Part shown: one piece after another, positions 35,667-49,237 of the stretch
How the letters are laid out: every line of letters begins with the position of its first letter
Position numbering within the stretch: the stretch's first letter is position 1
Source: the human T2T-CHM13v2.0 reference genome, Homo sapiens
DNA: 64,000 nucleotides
NCBI RefSeq assembly: GCF_009914755.1
Contig: NC_060942.1
Strand: one strand, 5' to 3'
Made by a program: the position numbers and the translations under genes
Notes under the pieces: generated by a model
Seen by the model: only the letters and a program-made list of their open reading frames with translations
What the model was told of the DNA's origin: nothing
Database searches by the model: none

Positions 35667-37020
35667 TTTTTCATGTTTGTTGGCCATTTGTATATCTTTT
35701 TTAAGAATTGTCTATTCATGACCTTAGCCCATTTTTTAATGGGATTGTTTGGTATTTTCTGCTAATTTGTTTGAGTTCTTTGTAGATTCTGGATATTAGT
35801 CCTTTATTGGATGTATAGATTGTGAAGATTTTCTCCCACTCTGTGGGTTGCCTGTTTGCTGATCATTTCTTTTGCTGTGCAGAAATTTGTTAGTTTAATT
35901 AAGTCCTACCTATATATAATTGTTTTTGTTGCATTTGCTTCTGGGTTCTTGGTCATGAAGTCTTTGCCTAAACCAATTACTAGAAGGGGTTTTCCAATGT
36001 TATCTTCTAGAATTTTTATGGTTTCAGGTCTTAGATTTAAGTCTTGAGTTTATTTTTGTATAATGTGAGAGATGAGAATCCAGTTTCATTCCTCTACATG
36101 TGGCTTGCCAATTATCCCAGCACCATTTATTTAATAGGGTGTCCTTTTCCCACTTTATGGTTTTGTTTGCTTTGTCAAAGATCAGTTGGCTGTAAGTGTT
36201 TGGCTTTATTTCTGGATTCTCTATTCTGTTCCATTGGTCTATGTGCCCATTTGTATACCAGTACCATGCGAATAATCAGAGAGATGTAAATCAAAACCAC
36301 AATGCAATACCACCTTACTCCTGCAAGAACGGCCATAATAAAAAAATCAAAAACTAATAGATGTTGGCATGGATGTGGTAAAAAGGGAACATGTTTAAAC
36401 TGCTGGTGGGAATGTAAACTAATACAACAACTGTGAAAAACAGTGTGAAGATTCCTTAAAGAACTAAAAGTAGAACTACCATTTGATCCAGCAATCCCAC
36501 CACTTGGTATCTACCCAGAGGAAAAGAAGTCATTATAGGAAAAAAGATACTTGCACACTCATGTTTAGGGCAGCACAATTCACAATTGCAAAAACATGGA
36601 ACCAGCCCAAATGCCCATCAATCAATGAGCGAATAAATAAATTGTGGTATATATCTACTATAGAATACTATTGAGCCATAAAAAGGAGCAAAATAATGGC
36701 ATTTTCAGCAACCTGGATGGAATTGGAGACCATTATTCTAAGTGATGTAATTCAGGAATTAAAAAATCAAACATTGTATGTTCTCACTCATAAGTGGGAG
36801 CTAAGCTATGAGGATGTAAAAGCATAAGAATGATATAATGGACTTTGGGGACTTGGGGGAAAGGGTGGGACAGGGATGAGAGATAAAAGACTGCAAATTG
36901 GGTACAGTGTATACTGCTCGGATGATGGGTGCATCAAAATCTCACAAATCACTGCTGAAGAGCTTACTCATGAAACCAAACACCACCTGTTCCCCCAAAA
37001 CTCTGGAAATAAAAAAAGAG
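35667..37020 (+). mobile_element. L1PB1-like LINE with 5' inversion (35667-36269 antisense, 36271-37017 sense)
   Basis: PB-type 3'UTR (GATAAAAGACTGCAAATTGGGTACAGTGTATACTGCTCGG...CACCACCTGTTCCCCC); adjacent antisense ORF2 piece; shared 15-bp TSD at 35652-35666 and 37022-37036. Confidence 0.85.
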
Positions 37021-37932
37021 ATAACATGTAAAATCAGTTGCATTTCTATACATTAACAATGAACTATCTGAAAAAGAAAAAGCACAATCCTATTTACAAT
37101 AACATCAAAAACTATAAAATACTTAGGAATAAATTGAAGCAAGTAGGTAAAAGATCTGTATATGCAAAACAATAGGACATTGATGAAAGAAATTGAAGAT
37201 GCAAATAAAGTTATCCTATGGGTATGGATTGGAAGAATTAGCCTTGATAAATTGTCCATAATACCCAAAGCAATTTGTAGATTTAATGTAATTCCTATCA
37301 AAACTCCAAAGGCATTTTTCACACAATTCATATGGAACTATAAAAGAATCTGAATTGCCAAAGCAATCTTGAGGAAAAAAAAGAACAAAGCTGAATGCAT
37401 CACACTTCCTCATTTCAAACCATATGACAAAGCAGCTATAATCAGAACAATATGATATCAGCATAAAAACAGACATACAAACCAATGGAACAGAATCAAG
37501 AGCCCCAAACTAAACCCAGATATACATGTTCACCTAATATTTGACAAGGGTGCCAAGAATAAACAATGGGCAAAGTATAGTTTCTTCAATAAATATGGAT
37601 ATTCACATGCAAAATAATGAAATTGGACACTTATCTTACATCATTTACAAAAATTATCTAGAAATGGATTAAAGATTTGAATGTAAGAACTAAAATGGTA
37701 AAAACTCCTAGAAGAAAATGTAGGGAAAAAGCTTCTTGACATTGGTTTCGACAACAATTTTTTTGGATATGTCACCAAAAGCACAAGCAACAAAAGCAAA
37801 AATAAGTGGAACTACATCAAACTAAAAACTTCTGTACAGCAAAGAAAACAATCAACAAAATGAAAAGGTAACCTATGGAAGGGAAAAGTATTTGCAAACA
37901 ATCTATCTGATAAGGGGTTAATATCAAGAATG

Positions 37933-38274
37933 CAGTCATGTGTTGCTTAAGGATGAGGATACGTTTTGAGAAGTGCATCCTTAGGTGATTTTGTTATTGT
38001 ACGAAGTGTACTTACACAAACCTAGTTGGTGTAGCCTACTATACACATAGGCTATATGGTATGGCCTATTGCTCCCAAGCTACAAACATTTACAGCATGT
38101 TAATGTGTTGAATCCTGCAGGTGATTGTAACATAATGGTAGGCATTTGTGTATCCAAACATATCTTAATATAGAAATTGTACAGTAAAAACATGATAGTA
38201 TAATAATCTTATGGAGCCATAATTTTATATTGGGTCTGTCATTGACTGAAATATCATTATGCAGTGTATAACTG
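37933..38274 (+). mobile_element. Tigger3a/MER7-like TcMar DNA transposon
   Basis: CAGTCATGTGTTGCTTAAG...CTTACACAAACCTAG...GTAGCCTACTATACAC...ATTATGCAGTGTATAACTG inverted termini; TA on the right flank. Confidence 0.8.
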
Positions 38275-38714
38275 TATTTAAGAATTCATGTAATACAATA
38301 GCAAAAATCCAATCTGATTTAAAAATGAGCAAAGGACCTGAATAAACATTTTCCAAAAGAATACATACAAATGGCCAACAGGTACATCAAAAGGTGCTCA
38401 ACATCACTAATCATCAGGCAATTGAAAATCAAAACCACAATGAAATAACATTTCACAACTTTAGGACTAACATACAGCATGGCAACTATAATTAACAAGA
38501 TTGTATACTTAAAATTTGCTAAGAGTAGATCTTAAACGATCTCACCATACCAACTAAAAAAGTAACTGAGGTGGTAGATGTGTTAACTCACTTGATTGTT
38601 GTAATCATTTCACAATATACTTAAATCATACATTGTACACCTTACATTTATACAATTTTATATGTTAATCACACCTCAATAAAGCTGGGGGAAAGACATT
38701 ACCACACACACACA

Positions 38715-39705
38715 AAGGGGAGCCTGAAGCATTGTGTAGAGCCAGAAAGTGCACAAAAAAACCAAATAACAACAATAAAAAAAAATCCTGCAATGACTGA
38801 GATACATTAAACAAGTAACACACACAGGAACCAACTGCAATATCTCACAGTGGCCAATGCTGGAAAACATTTGAGCAAAAAAGAAATATAATAGTAGCTA
38901 ATTGTAACCAATAGTAGAAAATTATAATCCATAGTATAAAATAAATATCCAAGTCCATATTAATATAAATAAATGATTGAAGAAATAAATGTGGAAGAAG
39001 TGGTAAATTCCCTATGCAGAAAAATTTCAAATGATATATGTAGATACTCCATCCTTAAGGAGACATAGTAAAACTCTCACTCTTTAAATGTGGGATGTAC
39101 ATAGTGATTCTCTTCCAAGGATTAGAGTATATAAAGTGGGAGAAGAGGGTAACTCCATAGTGGAGAAACCAGATGAACACAACCTCAACTAGGTGATCAA
39201 GGCTCACATCAACTATAATAAGGCATATTGACAGTGTGTACTCCTCTTGTGCAGTAATGTGATAAGAATTGTACTTTACTTCTGTGGTGTTCCTCCCCAA
39301 AACTCATAACCTCAGGCTAATCATAAAAATACATCAGACAAATAGCAATTGCAGGACATTCTACAAAATACTGACCAATACTTTTCAAAATTGTCTAGGA
39401 TATTAAAAACATCCAAAGTCTGAGAAACTGTCACAGCCAAGAGGAGGCTAAGGAGACACAATGACTATATTTAATATGAAAACCTGAGTGGGATACTGGA
39501 ACAGAAAAAGGACATTAGGGAAAAACTAAGAAATTCTGAATGAAGTATTGATCCTAGTTAATGTATCAATATCAGTTCATTAATTGTGACAAATGTACCA
39601 TAGTTTTGTAAAATGTTTACAATTGGGGAAGCAATGCGGATATATGAGAACTCTGTACTATCTTCACAACTTTTCAGTAAATCTAAAACTATTCTAAACT
39701 AAAAC
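38715..39705 (+). mobile_element. L1MD-like 3'UTR, right part
   Basis: GGCCAATGCTGGAAAACATTTGAGC...GAAACTGTCACAGCCAAGAGGAG...TCTAAAACTATTCTAAA end. Confidence 0.7.
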
Positions 39706-39811
39706 AATATATAACAAATATGTATTAGAAGAACTTTTCACCAACTTCCAAAACTGTGAGAAAGGCTCCCCAGAATCTCTTGTGTTTAAGGGAAAGAAAT
39801 TATCATAATTT

Positions 39812-40757
39812 AAAGCAAACAGACAACCTAGAGAATGGAAGAAGATAGTCACAAACTATGCATCAGACAAAGCCCTAATATCTAGAATCTATAGGGAACT
39901 TAAATCAACAAATGAAAAACAAATAACCCTATTAAAAAATGGGCAAAGGACATGAACAGAAACCTCTCAAAAGAAGACATACATACATGCAGCCAGTAGC
40001 ATATGAAAAAAATGCTCAACATCATTAATTATTAAAGAAGTGCAAATTAAAACCACAGTGTGATACCGTGTCACTCCAATCATCATGGCTATTATTAAAA
40101 TGTCAAAAAGCAAATGCTGGTGAGGCTGCAGAGAAAAGGAGACACTTATACAATGTTGGTGGGAATGCAAATGAATCCAGACACTGTGGAAATTAGTCTA
40201 TAGATTTCTCAAAGGGCTGCCGTTCGACCCAGAAAATCCCATTACTGGGTATATACCCAAAAGAAAATAAATCAGTCTACCAAAAAGACACAGCAATTTT
40301 ATATTCACTGCTGTGCTATTCACAACAGTAAAGACAAGGAAGCAACCCAGGTGCCCATCAGTGGTAGATTAGATAAAGAAAATGTGGTGTGTATATACCA
40401 TGGAAATCGTGCCACCAAAAGAAGAATGAAAGCATGTCATTTGCAGCAACATGGATGGAAATGGAGGCCATAATCCTAAGCAAATTAATGCAGGAACAGA
40501 AAGCCAAGTACTGCATGTTTTCACTTATAAGTGGGAGCTAAGCTGTGAGCACACACAGACATAAATACGAGAACAATAAATATTGTGGACTACTAGAGGG
40601 TGGAGGGCTGAATTTAAAAACTACCTATCAGGTACTATGCTCACTGCCAGGGTGACAGGATCCATACTACAAATCTCAGCATCTTGTAATATCTTCATGT
40701 AACAAAGCTGCACATGTACTCCCTGTATCTAGAATAAAAGTTGAAATTAAAAAAATA
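39812..40757 (+). mobile_element. L1PB4/L1PA16-17-like LINE 3' end
   Basis: ORF2 end plus CTACCTATCAGGTACTATGCTCAC...CTGCACATGTACTCCCTG...AATAAAAGTTGAAATTAAAAAAA. Confidence 0.8.
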
Positions 40758-43700
40758 CAGTGGAAAGAAAAGGTTGTAAATGTTCAGTTATGATCAGCCA
40801 TACTTGGAAACATTGAGGAGAAGCTCATGGTCCATATAAGTCTGAACTTGAAATTTCTGGCTTTAAAGTCTTTCTCCAAGAAGCAGATACCTCTCTAGAG
40901 GTGGGCAAGAAAACTGGCTACCTGTCTATATAGCCATTCGGTGGAGCTTTTCTGCAGAGTGCTCCCCAAACCTTCTAACTGCTAGACTTATAAGGGCAGA
41001 TGGCAGTAACTTGTAGCTTCAGGGCAAAGTCTCAGACAATCTTCTGAAAACAAGCACAAGATTTCTCTGAGGGTTTATCTTTTGTTTTAAAATATAAGAG
41101 AATTTTCCCTCCTACTCAGTAATGCCTGTAAATGTACACGTTTCTACCTAAAATCTTTGTATAAAGCAGATGCTACAGGAAGATATTCCTTGGCTTCAAA
41201 CACCCTTGGCACATCGCTGTCTGTTCCCCTGAGAGGGCTCCTCCATTTCTAGTTTGAAAAGCAGAGGTGTCTGTGACATAGTAATTGGAATGAGAGGCAT
41301 TTGTGTCACCAGAACTCAATGAGGGTTGCGGCACAGCTGAAATTCTGCCTCTTGCTTACCTCCTCCACACATCAGTTCCTCCACTGCCTTAATATTTTCT
41401 ATTCAGGTTTCTTACAAGCAACAGGTTTCCCATTAGCCTGATCTTTATTTCTAGAGATTGTCTGACTCATCTATAAGGTCTTTAAGGGAAGGGGCTGTGT
41501 CTTGTTCATTCTATTCCTTGTACCAATGATTATCCTTTAAAAATCATAGACAAAGAAAACTTGCTCCTTTATTGACTGTTGAATGGTTGCAAGCGTAAGG
41601 GCTTCCAGCCTGCAGAATTTTAGCAGAGACAATTGCTTTGTGCTTCAGTCCTCTTCCCAATTCTGTTCTTGGCTCACTGTTTGAAATCCTCCCTGGAAGG
41701 TCCACTTATATTTGCAATTACACTTGTAATCACTGCTTTCTAAATTATTTCTCATCAAGTTGAGCTACTAGGATTTCAAAAATATCAGTTCAAAAAATTG
41801 TAAAAACCATCTTAAAAAAACTCTTTGGAGCAAGACAGCAACAAAACTTGATCACTTGGCAAAGGTGATCTGGGAAGCTTGCATGCAGAAAAGAAAGAAA
41901 ATAATGGCTATGGCTGGAGACAACATCACAATGAACAAATGGGGGTGATTACTCTTACCCTAAGAAGACCTGAGTGGGACTGTGATTCTAGGAGGCAACA
42001 GGCAGAGATAGGTGGCATGGTCTAGCATGTTCATCTGCAAACTCCCTTGCCAGTTCTGTCAAGTGGATCTAAGAGCCCTCAACATTAGACAACATCCATC
42101 GGATCTTGGGAAAGTGGCCCTGGTTGGGCTGATGAGAGCAGCCTGGGTCCTGTATTAGAGGACTGCAAAGACAGGGGCAAGGGAGAGTGTCTACTGCATC
42201 TGGGTAACTGGCCTGTGCTTGACAGTTGGTGAGAATTACCTTGATGATCACAGAAATGAAAATTATAGAACTGTTCACTGGGCCACTTTATTCACTCTGG
42301 TTGTTTTGACTCTAGAAGGAAAGAACCAAGCTTTCCTAGACAAAACTATCATGGATCCCACTTTTAGGTGATAAAACGGAGTACATAGTAGTCTTTAGAT
42401 ACATGCTGTGTGAAATGAAACCCAAAGTAAAACCATTTGAGATCACCTGTTTCTTGTTCACTGGATGCTTCTGTGAGATCTACATCAGTTAAATGCATGC
42501 TTTATTATGAGTCCGAATCATATCCTCTCTCCAAATTCAATTACAGGCACCAGGAAGGGAAGTTGGAGCATCCAAGTGTAGTCAGTTCCAATAGACTCCC
42601 CACTGCTTTGCGCTTACTTGCTCAGTACTGAGGAGACAGACATTTGGCTAGAGAGAGTTTAACTTAGGACCCAGGAATCTGTTAACTTCTAAACAGCCAG
42701 AGGAGAAGCGGCCCAAAGAATGTGACTGGAAGTTTGTGACTGCTTCTTCTTACTCAGGGCATCTTTTGTCTAAAGCAGGTTTATAATAAGCCTATCCATG
42801 AAGAAAGGCAATTATAGGCATTGCACCTATATTTTATAATGCAAATTGGATAGAACACAATAGATTAATTAGAGAACATGGTATGGATTTGCATTATGCA
42901 GACAGCAATTGCTTATAATGTGATCGAGTTCAGGAACTAGCACTTTGGGAGCAGGAAAAAAAGACCTGTTGGCAGGATGCATAAACACACACCTTACCAG
43001 TGTCTGAGGCACTGGCTGCTCAGTTGGTCTACAGTTCATTTTCTTCCCTGAGGCAAAGATCCTGGGGGTCTGGAGGTGTGCTGAGCTGGGGAGAACACAG
43101 TTGGTGGGCGGGGCTCTATATTTATAGGTTATTGAAGAGAACTACACTGTGGGCTTAAATAAGCTCTTCTAGACACTCATAATTCTCTTTCAGGTGTTCA
43201 GAATTTTGAACTTAATTTCTATTATGTTGTATATAACTTGCAGGAATTCCAAGACTCCAGCATCCAGGGGCTTTGCAAATTGATCAAGAACCAAAACTTA
43301 CACCTGTCCAGTGTCTCAGAGAGACAGCAGGGGTTAAGCAGGTGGTACTAACAAGTACATCAGCAAAAATTTCAACACAAGTTCTTCCCCTCTCTCAAAT
43401 TTCCAACTTCCTTCACCAAGGAAATACAAGTGCAATTCCCACTAAGAATGATTCTTAAAAGTCTTTGTCCTTTTATAGTTCCTAGAGGGCACTATAAAAA
43501 TTCTTAACTTTCTAAAAATAAATTGATATTTGTAGAGAAGGGAGTGGGCTCTCAAATCTCTTCAGAAATGTATGCAATTGTGCAGCATACAGTCATATAC
43601 GGTCACCTTAAGGTATAGTGTGTCAAGTAAACAAGATTAATGACATATATTCATCTAACTGGCTAGCATTTCTATTACTAGTTCAGTGGTGGGCACCAAA

Positions 43701-43799
43701 TTAATGCAAAACATAAACAGATCATAGTCTGATCTGTTCTTTCTTCTGAGAATTAGGAGACATATTTACTTATTCATTCATATGGTCCTACATTGGGGA

Positions 43800-44055
43800 T
43801 GGAGATGTAGGAATGGTTGTGAGTGGCTGGGAAAGCCATCAGTGTGGATGAGCTCTAGAGTGCAGGTGACTGAGTACAGGGTCCTGGGCAACACTGGCAT
43901 TTAAAGGCCAAATGGAGGAAGAGAAGCCTATGAATGAAATGCTAAAGGAGCAGCCAGACAGGTATAAGTAAAACTAGAGAATAATAATATTCCAAAAGTG
44001 AAAAGAAGAGGGAGTCCCATGAAGGGGATGATGAAACCTATTCAATACCACTAGG
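43800..44055 (-). mobile_element. L2 LINE fragment
   Basis: GGCATTTAAAGGCCAAATGGAGGAAGAGAAGCC...AAGGAGCAGCCAGACAGGTA antisense L2 pattern. Confidence 0.5.
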
Positions 44056-44059
44056 GTCG

Positions 44060-44540
44060 TGTGGTCTGTGTTTCTCTAAGAAGATTCTGAAGCACAGCCT
44101 GAACCAAGGGAGTTTACTTTGGGAAGTACTGCTATGGAAGGAGGAGAACCAACATGGGGGATACTGTCTAGCTGTCCCTCAGTGGGCAGCTGGAGCTAGA
44201 CTTCTCTAAGGCTTCTGAGGAATTTTGAAGAATATGCCTCTGAATTGACTGCTTGAGGGTTGGCAATGGGAAGTATTTCCCCACCAGCTCCAGTTCTCCA
44301 TTGCTCAAGATTTGCCCCGTGGGATGGAACTCCATGTTTCTCTAGATTCATGCATTGTTGTTCCCAAATGCTCTGTGAGAGTTAGAGAATCTCAGGACAG
44401 AAGATGATAGATCCATAGTGTAATTGAAGCAATGCTCTTCAGATGCTTTCAGTTTTTACCTGCCTGGAACTGATGGGCACAGCCGCATAAAGCCTTGGCA
44501 CAGAAGATATGAAGCAGGGCACAAGAGGTGTTCAATGCAG
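44060..44540 (-). mobile_element. ERVL LTR (LTR16/LTR33-like)
   Basis: GTGGGCAGCTGGAGCTAG...GTATTTCCCCACCAGCTCC...CCATTGCTCAAGATTTGCCCC motifs. Confidence 0.5.
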
Positions 44541-44569
44541 AGGTGATATAAAAATTGAAATAATTTGGT

Positions 44570-45450
44570 AGAAAGTAGCAAACTAGTTTGAGCAATGCAG
44601 GAACATTTTTAGCTCCAATAACCTAGCAGTTTAAGACTTACCAGATTTAGATGTAGCTGGTTGCAGAGATTCAACTGATATCTTCAGATTCCTTAAATCT
44701 TCTCTCGGTTTAATTTCCTTTGTGTTGCCTTCATACTCAGAAAGATCTCTGCAGAGTAGAAAAATGGTGCCAGGAAGTTCTAGGTTATATAGTAGTTACA
44801 GGAAACAATTTCAGAAGACAAGTATCTTAGTCTGTTTTGTACTGCTATAATAGAATACCTGATACTGGATAATTTATAGCGAACACAAATTTATTAGTTC
44901 ACAGTTCTGGAGGCTGGGAAGTTCAATATCAAGGTGCCAGCAACTAGTGGGGGCCTCTTGCTGTGTTATCACATGGTGGAAGTCAAGAGAACAAGAGGGA
45001 GGGAAAGAGGAGACTAAACTTACTCTTATATAATTGTAACCACTCCCACCCATGAGGGTGGAGCCTTCATGGCCTAATCACCTCTTAAAAGTCTCACCTC
45101 TAATACTGTTATAATGGCAGTTTTCAACTTGAGTTTTGGAGGAGACAAACATTCAAACCATAGCAATAAAGTCCACTCTCTCCTTCATTATGAATATCAA
45201 TCCCTTTAAAATAACCGGTTAGTCCCATTGGGCTATATGCCCATTTAAGGTCTAGTTGCCATGCCCAGGGTGATGGGGTATTTTGATTAGCCAGCCCATG
45301 CTATGTGCCTTCACTGTGGCTTTCAACTAAGCAAGAATCCTTAATTGGCAGACCCAACAGAAGCACATGGACCCATGAAGGGATGGTTTCAAAGTAAAGA
45401 AGTTGGGGAGACTGTAGAGGAAGCAGAAAAAATATAACAGACATCCTGTA
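44570..45450 (-). mobile_element. MLT1J/K-like LTR split by an MST LTR
   Basis: TTCCTTTGTGTTGCCTTCATACTCAG...ATGGTGCCAGGAAGTTCTAGG and ...TGATTAGCCAGCCC...ATGTGCC on either side of 44823-45165. Confidence 0.5.
44823..45165 (-). mobile_element. MSTC/MSTD-like solo LTR
   Basis: TATCTTAGTCTGTTTTGTACTGCTATAATAGAATACC...CACAGTTCTGGAGGCTGGGAAGT...ACATTCAAACCATAGCA. Confidence 0.8.
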
Positions 45451-45577
45451 TATAAAGAATGGAAGGGAGAGTGTTCAGGCGACTGCTAATATGGAGTTCC
45501 TAGTGACTTGAGTTCTAGTCCTATTTCTGCTACTTACCATTGAGAGACATTGAGTGACTTCCCTGAATCTCAGGTTC

Positions 45578-45974
45578 TGTATTAGTCTGTTCTCGCATTG
45601 CTATATGCCTGAGATTAGGTAATTTATTAAGAAAAGAGGTTTAATTGGCTCTCAGTCCCACAGGCTGTGTGAGAATCTTGGCTGGGGTGGCCTCAGGAAA
45701 CTTTCAATCACTTCTGAAGGCAAAGGGGAAGCAGGGAGGTCTTACATGGTCAGAGCAGGAGCAAGAGACAGGGCGGGGAGATGTTACATACTTTTAAACA
45801 ACCAGATTTCAAGATAACTCACTCTCACCATGACAACACCAAGGGGGATGGTGTTAATCCCTGAGAAACTGTCCCCATGATCCAATTACCTCCCACCAGG
45901 TCCACCTCCAACATTGGAAATTACAATTTGACATAAGATTTGGGTGGAGACACAGATAGAGCCAAACCATATCA
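45578..45974 (-). mobile_element. MSTA solo LTR inserted in a MIR fragment
   Basis: TGTATTAGTCTGTTCTCGCATTGCTATA...AAGAAAAGAGGTTTAATTGGCTC...CCAAACCATATCA. Confidence 0.85.
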
Positions 45975-46749
45975 CCTTCTAATATAAAACGAAAGTGAGA
46001 CCAATTAAATTATTTCTTTTTTAAAAAAGAAATTAAAATTTTATTGAAGAATTTTTAATATTAACTACATAAAATTATCCAAGTCCAGGTCTCAGACTTG
46101 CCACAATTAGCATTCTTGTAGATGTTATAGTCATTAGAAGGTCCTCGCATCTCTGAGACACATGCTGTGCTCATTGGTGAACTCGGCTTCAAAACTACCA
46201 CAAACCCAGGCAATGTTGTCAGCCATAACTCTCCCTCAGCATCAGTTCACCTTATCCCATTTATGTTTCAAAAACAAGATAATATTATCCAGCATTCAGA
46301 ACATTGACAAGGGATAATATCAGCATCATTTCACTTAAGACATTTAAGCAATTTAAGTAACCCAGAAATCAAACTCACTTTAAGTCTTTCAACATATGTC
46401 TATGTCCCTTGAATGCAAGAAGCATCCATGCATTATTTGCTGTTATTGCTCTTATGAATGCTCTCATCAAAGCCATGGGTTTGAGAGATACATACAGACA
46501 CATTTTTTAAAATTGTCTTTTGCACCACCGAGTCTCTGCATGTACTCTCTGCTTTTTCTCACCCATACAGCATTGATGTCAGTACCATCATCAATCCCAC
46601 CAAAGGTTTCAAATGTTCAAACACCTTCTGTTTCCATATCACAGCCTTGCATTTAGTGTTGATATGACTCTGTGAAATAACAAGTGATAGGTAAAAATGG
46701 AACACCCACTGTCAAAGATGCAGCAAATGCAGTTTGATGACATATTCTT

Positions 46750-47004
<255 letters not shown>

Positions 47005-48044
47005 TGATGACATATTCTTAAATGCGAAAGTATGTAGACATAAGGAATTCCATGGTAGAATATTTCCAACCCCCTGAAGTGCTGCTTCTATAGAATTTGA
47101 AATAAGATAAACTAGAGAGATTAAATGGAGACTTTATATTACACTATATGATATAAAGAGAGACAATGTTAAAAAATAAGCAAAAAAAAGCTGTATACCA
47201 TTACTTCAAAGAAAGAATTTTCTAAGGAAAAAATCATATAGAAGTTAATCAAAACCAAGAAGAATGAATACAACCCTAATAGGTTCTATTTTAAACATAA
47301 AAATAATTTACTTGAACATTCAGAGATCAAACTGTGCTGGCAGAAACCTTTTGATATCAATTGTACTGTATTGGTTTGCCTCTCTGCAGACAATAGTTCA
47401 CTTATAATCACTTAATATTTAACATTTTTGGAAACATAACATCATTATTCTTTTAATTCTCCTTATCTAAAAATAATGTCCAAAATGTTAATGAATATAC
47501 TTCATATTGAACACACTAATTTTGAAAATGTTAGTGGAAAAGTGTTTTTATAATATCTTACTATTTGCTTAGAAAACCTTAAATTTTCACATGTCTGTTC
47601 CAGCCAGAGCCCTGGTCTCACTTCCTGGGCCAGAAGCATTGGAACCCATGTTCTGACTGATGTCTGCTATAAACTGTTGCTTGCTTTTATTATGATGCCA
47701 TCTGGTCATCAGACTCAGAAGTGGGGAGTAGCCAAGGTGGGGAGGCATTAAAAAAGACAAAGAAAGAAATATAGCAGACACCAGAGCAGGAGAATAGCAG
47801 CCATACAGGTACCTCTCACCGTACAGTAACCCCCAAGGACTGCCTGTCCTTAATAAGAGAAAAGCACCTTCTGCTACCTTCCTCTGGTAAAGGGGTGCAA
47901 TTTCACCAAGACAGGGAATTTGCATTCATTTCTCCTATGGATATATCATAGCCTAAGTCATTAACATTTCAAGGTTTTCCAGTTTTGGCAGAGAAGCATT
48001 GAGTTACCTTAAATCCATAAGCAGCCAAGGGCAATTCTTGATTC

Positions 48045-48200
48045 ATCGGAATTCATTCACTCAATTTTTATTGTATGCGGATTTTGTGCAAGGCATATCC
48101 AAAAATCCTTCAGGGATACAAAGATGAGTAATTTGTGATTGCTACCTCAAGAAGTTTAGTATCTAGCTTGGGAGATGAAATATGTTCCAAATATGTAAGT
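48045..48200 (-). mobile_element. L2 3' end fragment
   Basis: ATTCATTCACTCAATTTTTATTG...GGGATACAAAGATGAGTAA...CCTCAAGAAGTTTAGTATCTAG. Confidence 0.55.
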
Positions 48201-48490
48201 GTTGAGTAAATGTTGAATAACACAGAACTATAAAACAGTAGAAAATAATTCCACAAAAGAAATATGCTTTAAAGTCATACAAAGCAAAACTTAATTCTTG
48301 CCATCAAGGAGAACAGTGAAGAATGGGCAGGGTTCCTTTGAACCAGTGGCATTTCATGCATTTGATTTCTTGAACATTTACTTGGTGAGGGCCAACCAGG
48401 CACCTTGCTCGGCATTTAAGCTGGACCTTGAGAAAGGCTATGAGTTTGAACCTACAGAAAATGAGACTTGGGGCTTTGGAGAATGGTAAT

Positions 48491-48690
48491 TGGTGGCATG
48501 TTGGAGCTAGCTCTTAGTGGCTCATGAGAGCCAGTTGTTAAATGTCCAGGGATTTTGTGAGCAGGTTGACCTCTCCTTGGTTGAATTGTTCTTTAGGGAG
48601 TTTACCATGGAAATCATCAAATGCTACAATTCAGAATGCCCCTTCCACCCCACCCAGAGCCATTTCTTAATCTGTCCTGGATGTGTTCCA
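48491..48690 (+). mobile_element. MER63A-like hAT-Blackjack element
   Basis: GTGGCATGTTGGAGCTAGCTC...GAGAGCCAGTTGTTAAATGTCCAGGGATTTTGTGAGC...GGAAATCATCAAATGCTACAA. Confidence 0.65.
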
Positions 48691-48790
48691 GGCAAAGAGA
48701 ATAAACAACAATCCACTAATTAGTCATTTGATCTCCAGCAATCCCTTCACTAGTCCATAGCTTTTTCTCCTCTGTAAGGGAGTCTGATGC

Positions 48791-49237
48791 TGCGGAAGTT
48801 GACAGAATCAAAATACAGTCACTAATGTGGAGAAAACCTTGACAAATACAACCAGTCAAAGACATAAAGAGAGGCTTCTCAGGCTTGTATACCTGATAAT
48901 GGAAACAATTACAAAAGACTCTACAAAAAACACAACTTTTGCACAAAGGGCATTGCAACTTATACAAATAACTCTATCTGTGAGGACATCTACCCAGCAT
49001 TTGCCTGTCTAAACTTGGACTGGCATTACTGTTATTATTGATCTTTGTAGCAAAACATAATTATTTCAAAACAATTATGTAATCATCTTCAGTTTTCTTT
49101 TAGAGACCTTTGCATTTTTTTTATCTCCCTGAATATAAACATAGTTTACTGTGGTATGTGTTATTTTCATTGCAATGCTGTATTCCCAAATAAATTTCTT
49201 TTAGAGGGTCTCTCTCTGCTTGTTATTTAAGTAGACA
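48791..49237 (+). mobile_element. LTR37A-like ERV1 solo LTR
   Basis: TGCGGAAGTTGACAGAATCAAAATACAGTCACTAATG...GATCTTTGTAGC...TTGTTATTTAAGTAGACA; near-TSD ATGC/ATAC. Confidence 0.75.

Larger units (their letters stand above)
35547..38694 (+). mobile_element. L1MA9/MB1-like LINE ORF2-3' end, interrupted by L1PB and Tigger3
   Basis: Starts at LFADDM (CTGTTTGCAGATGACATG), resumes at 37022, ends ...CACACCTCAATAAAGCTGGGGGAAAG. Confidence 0.7.
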
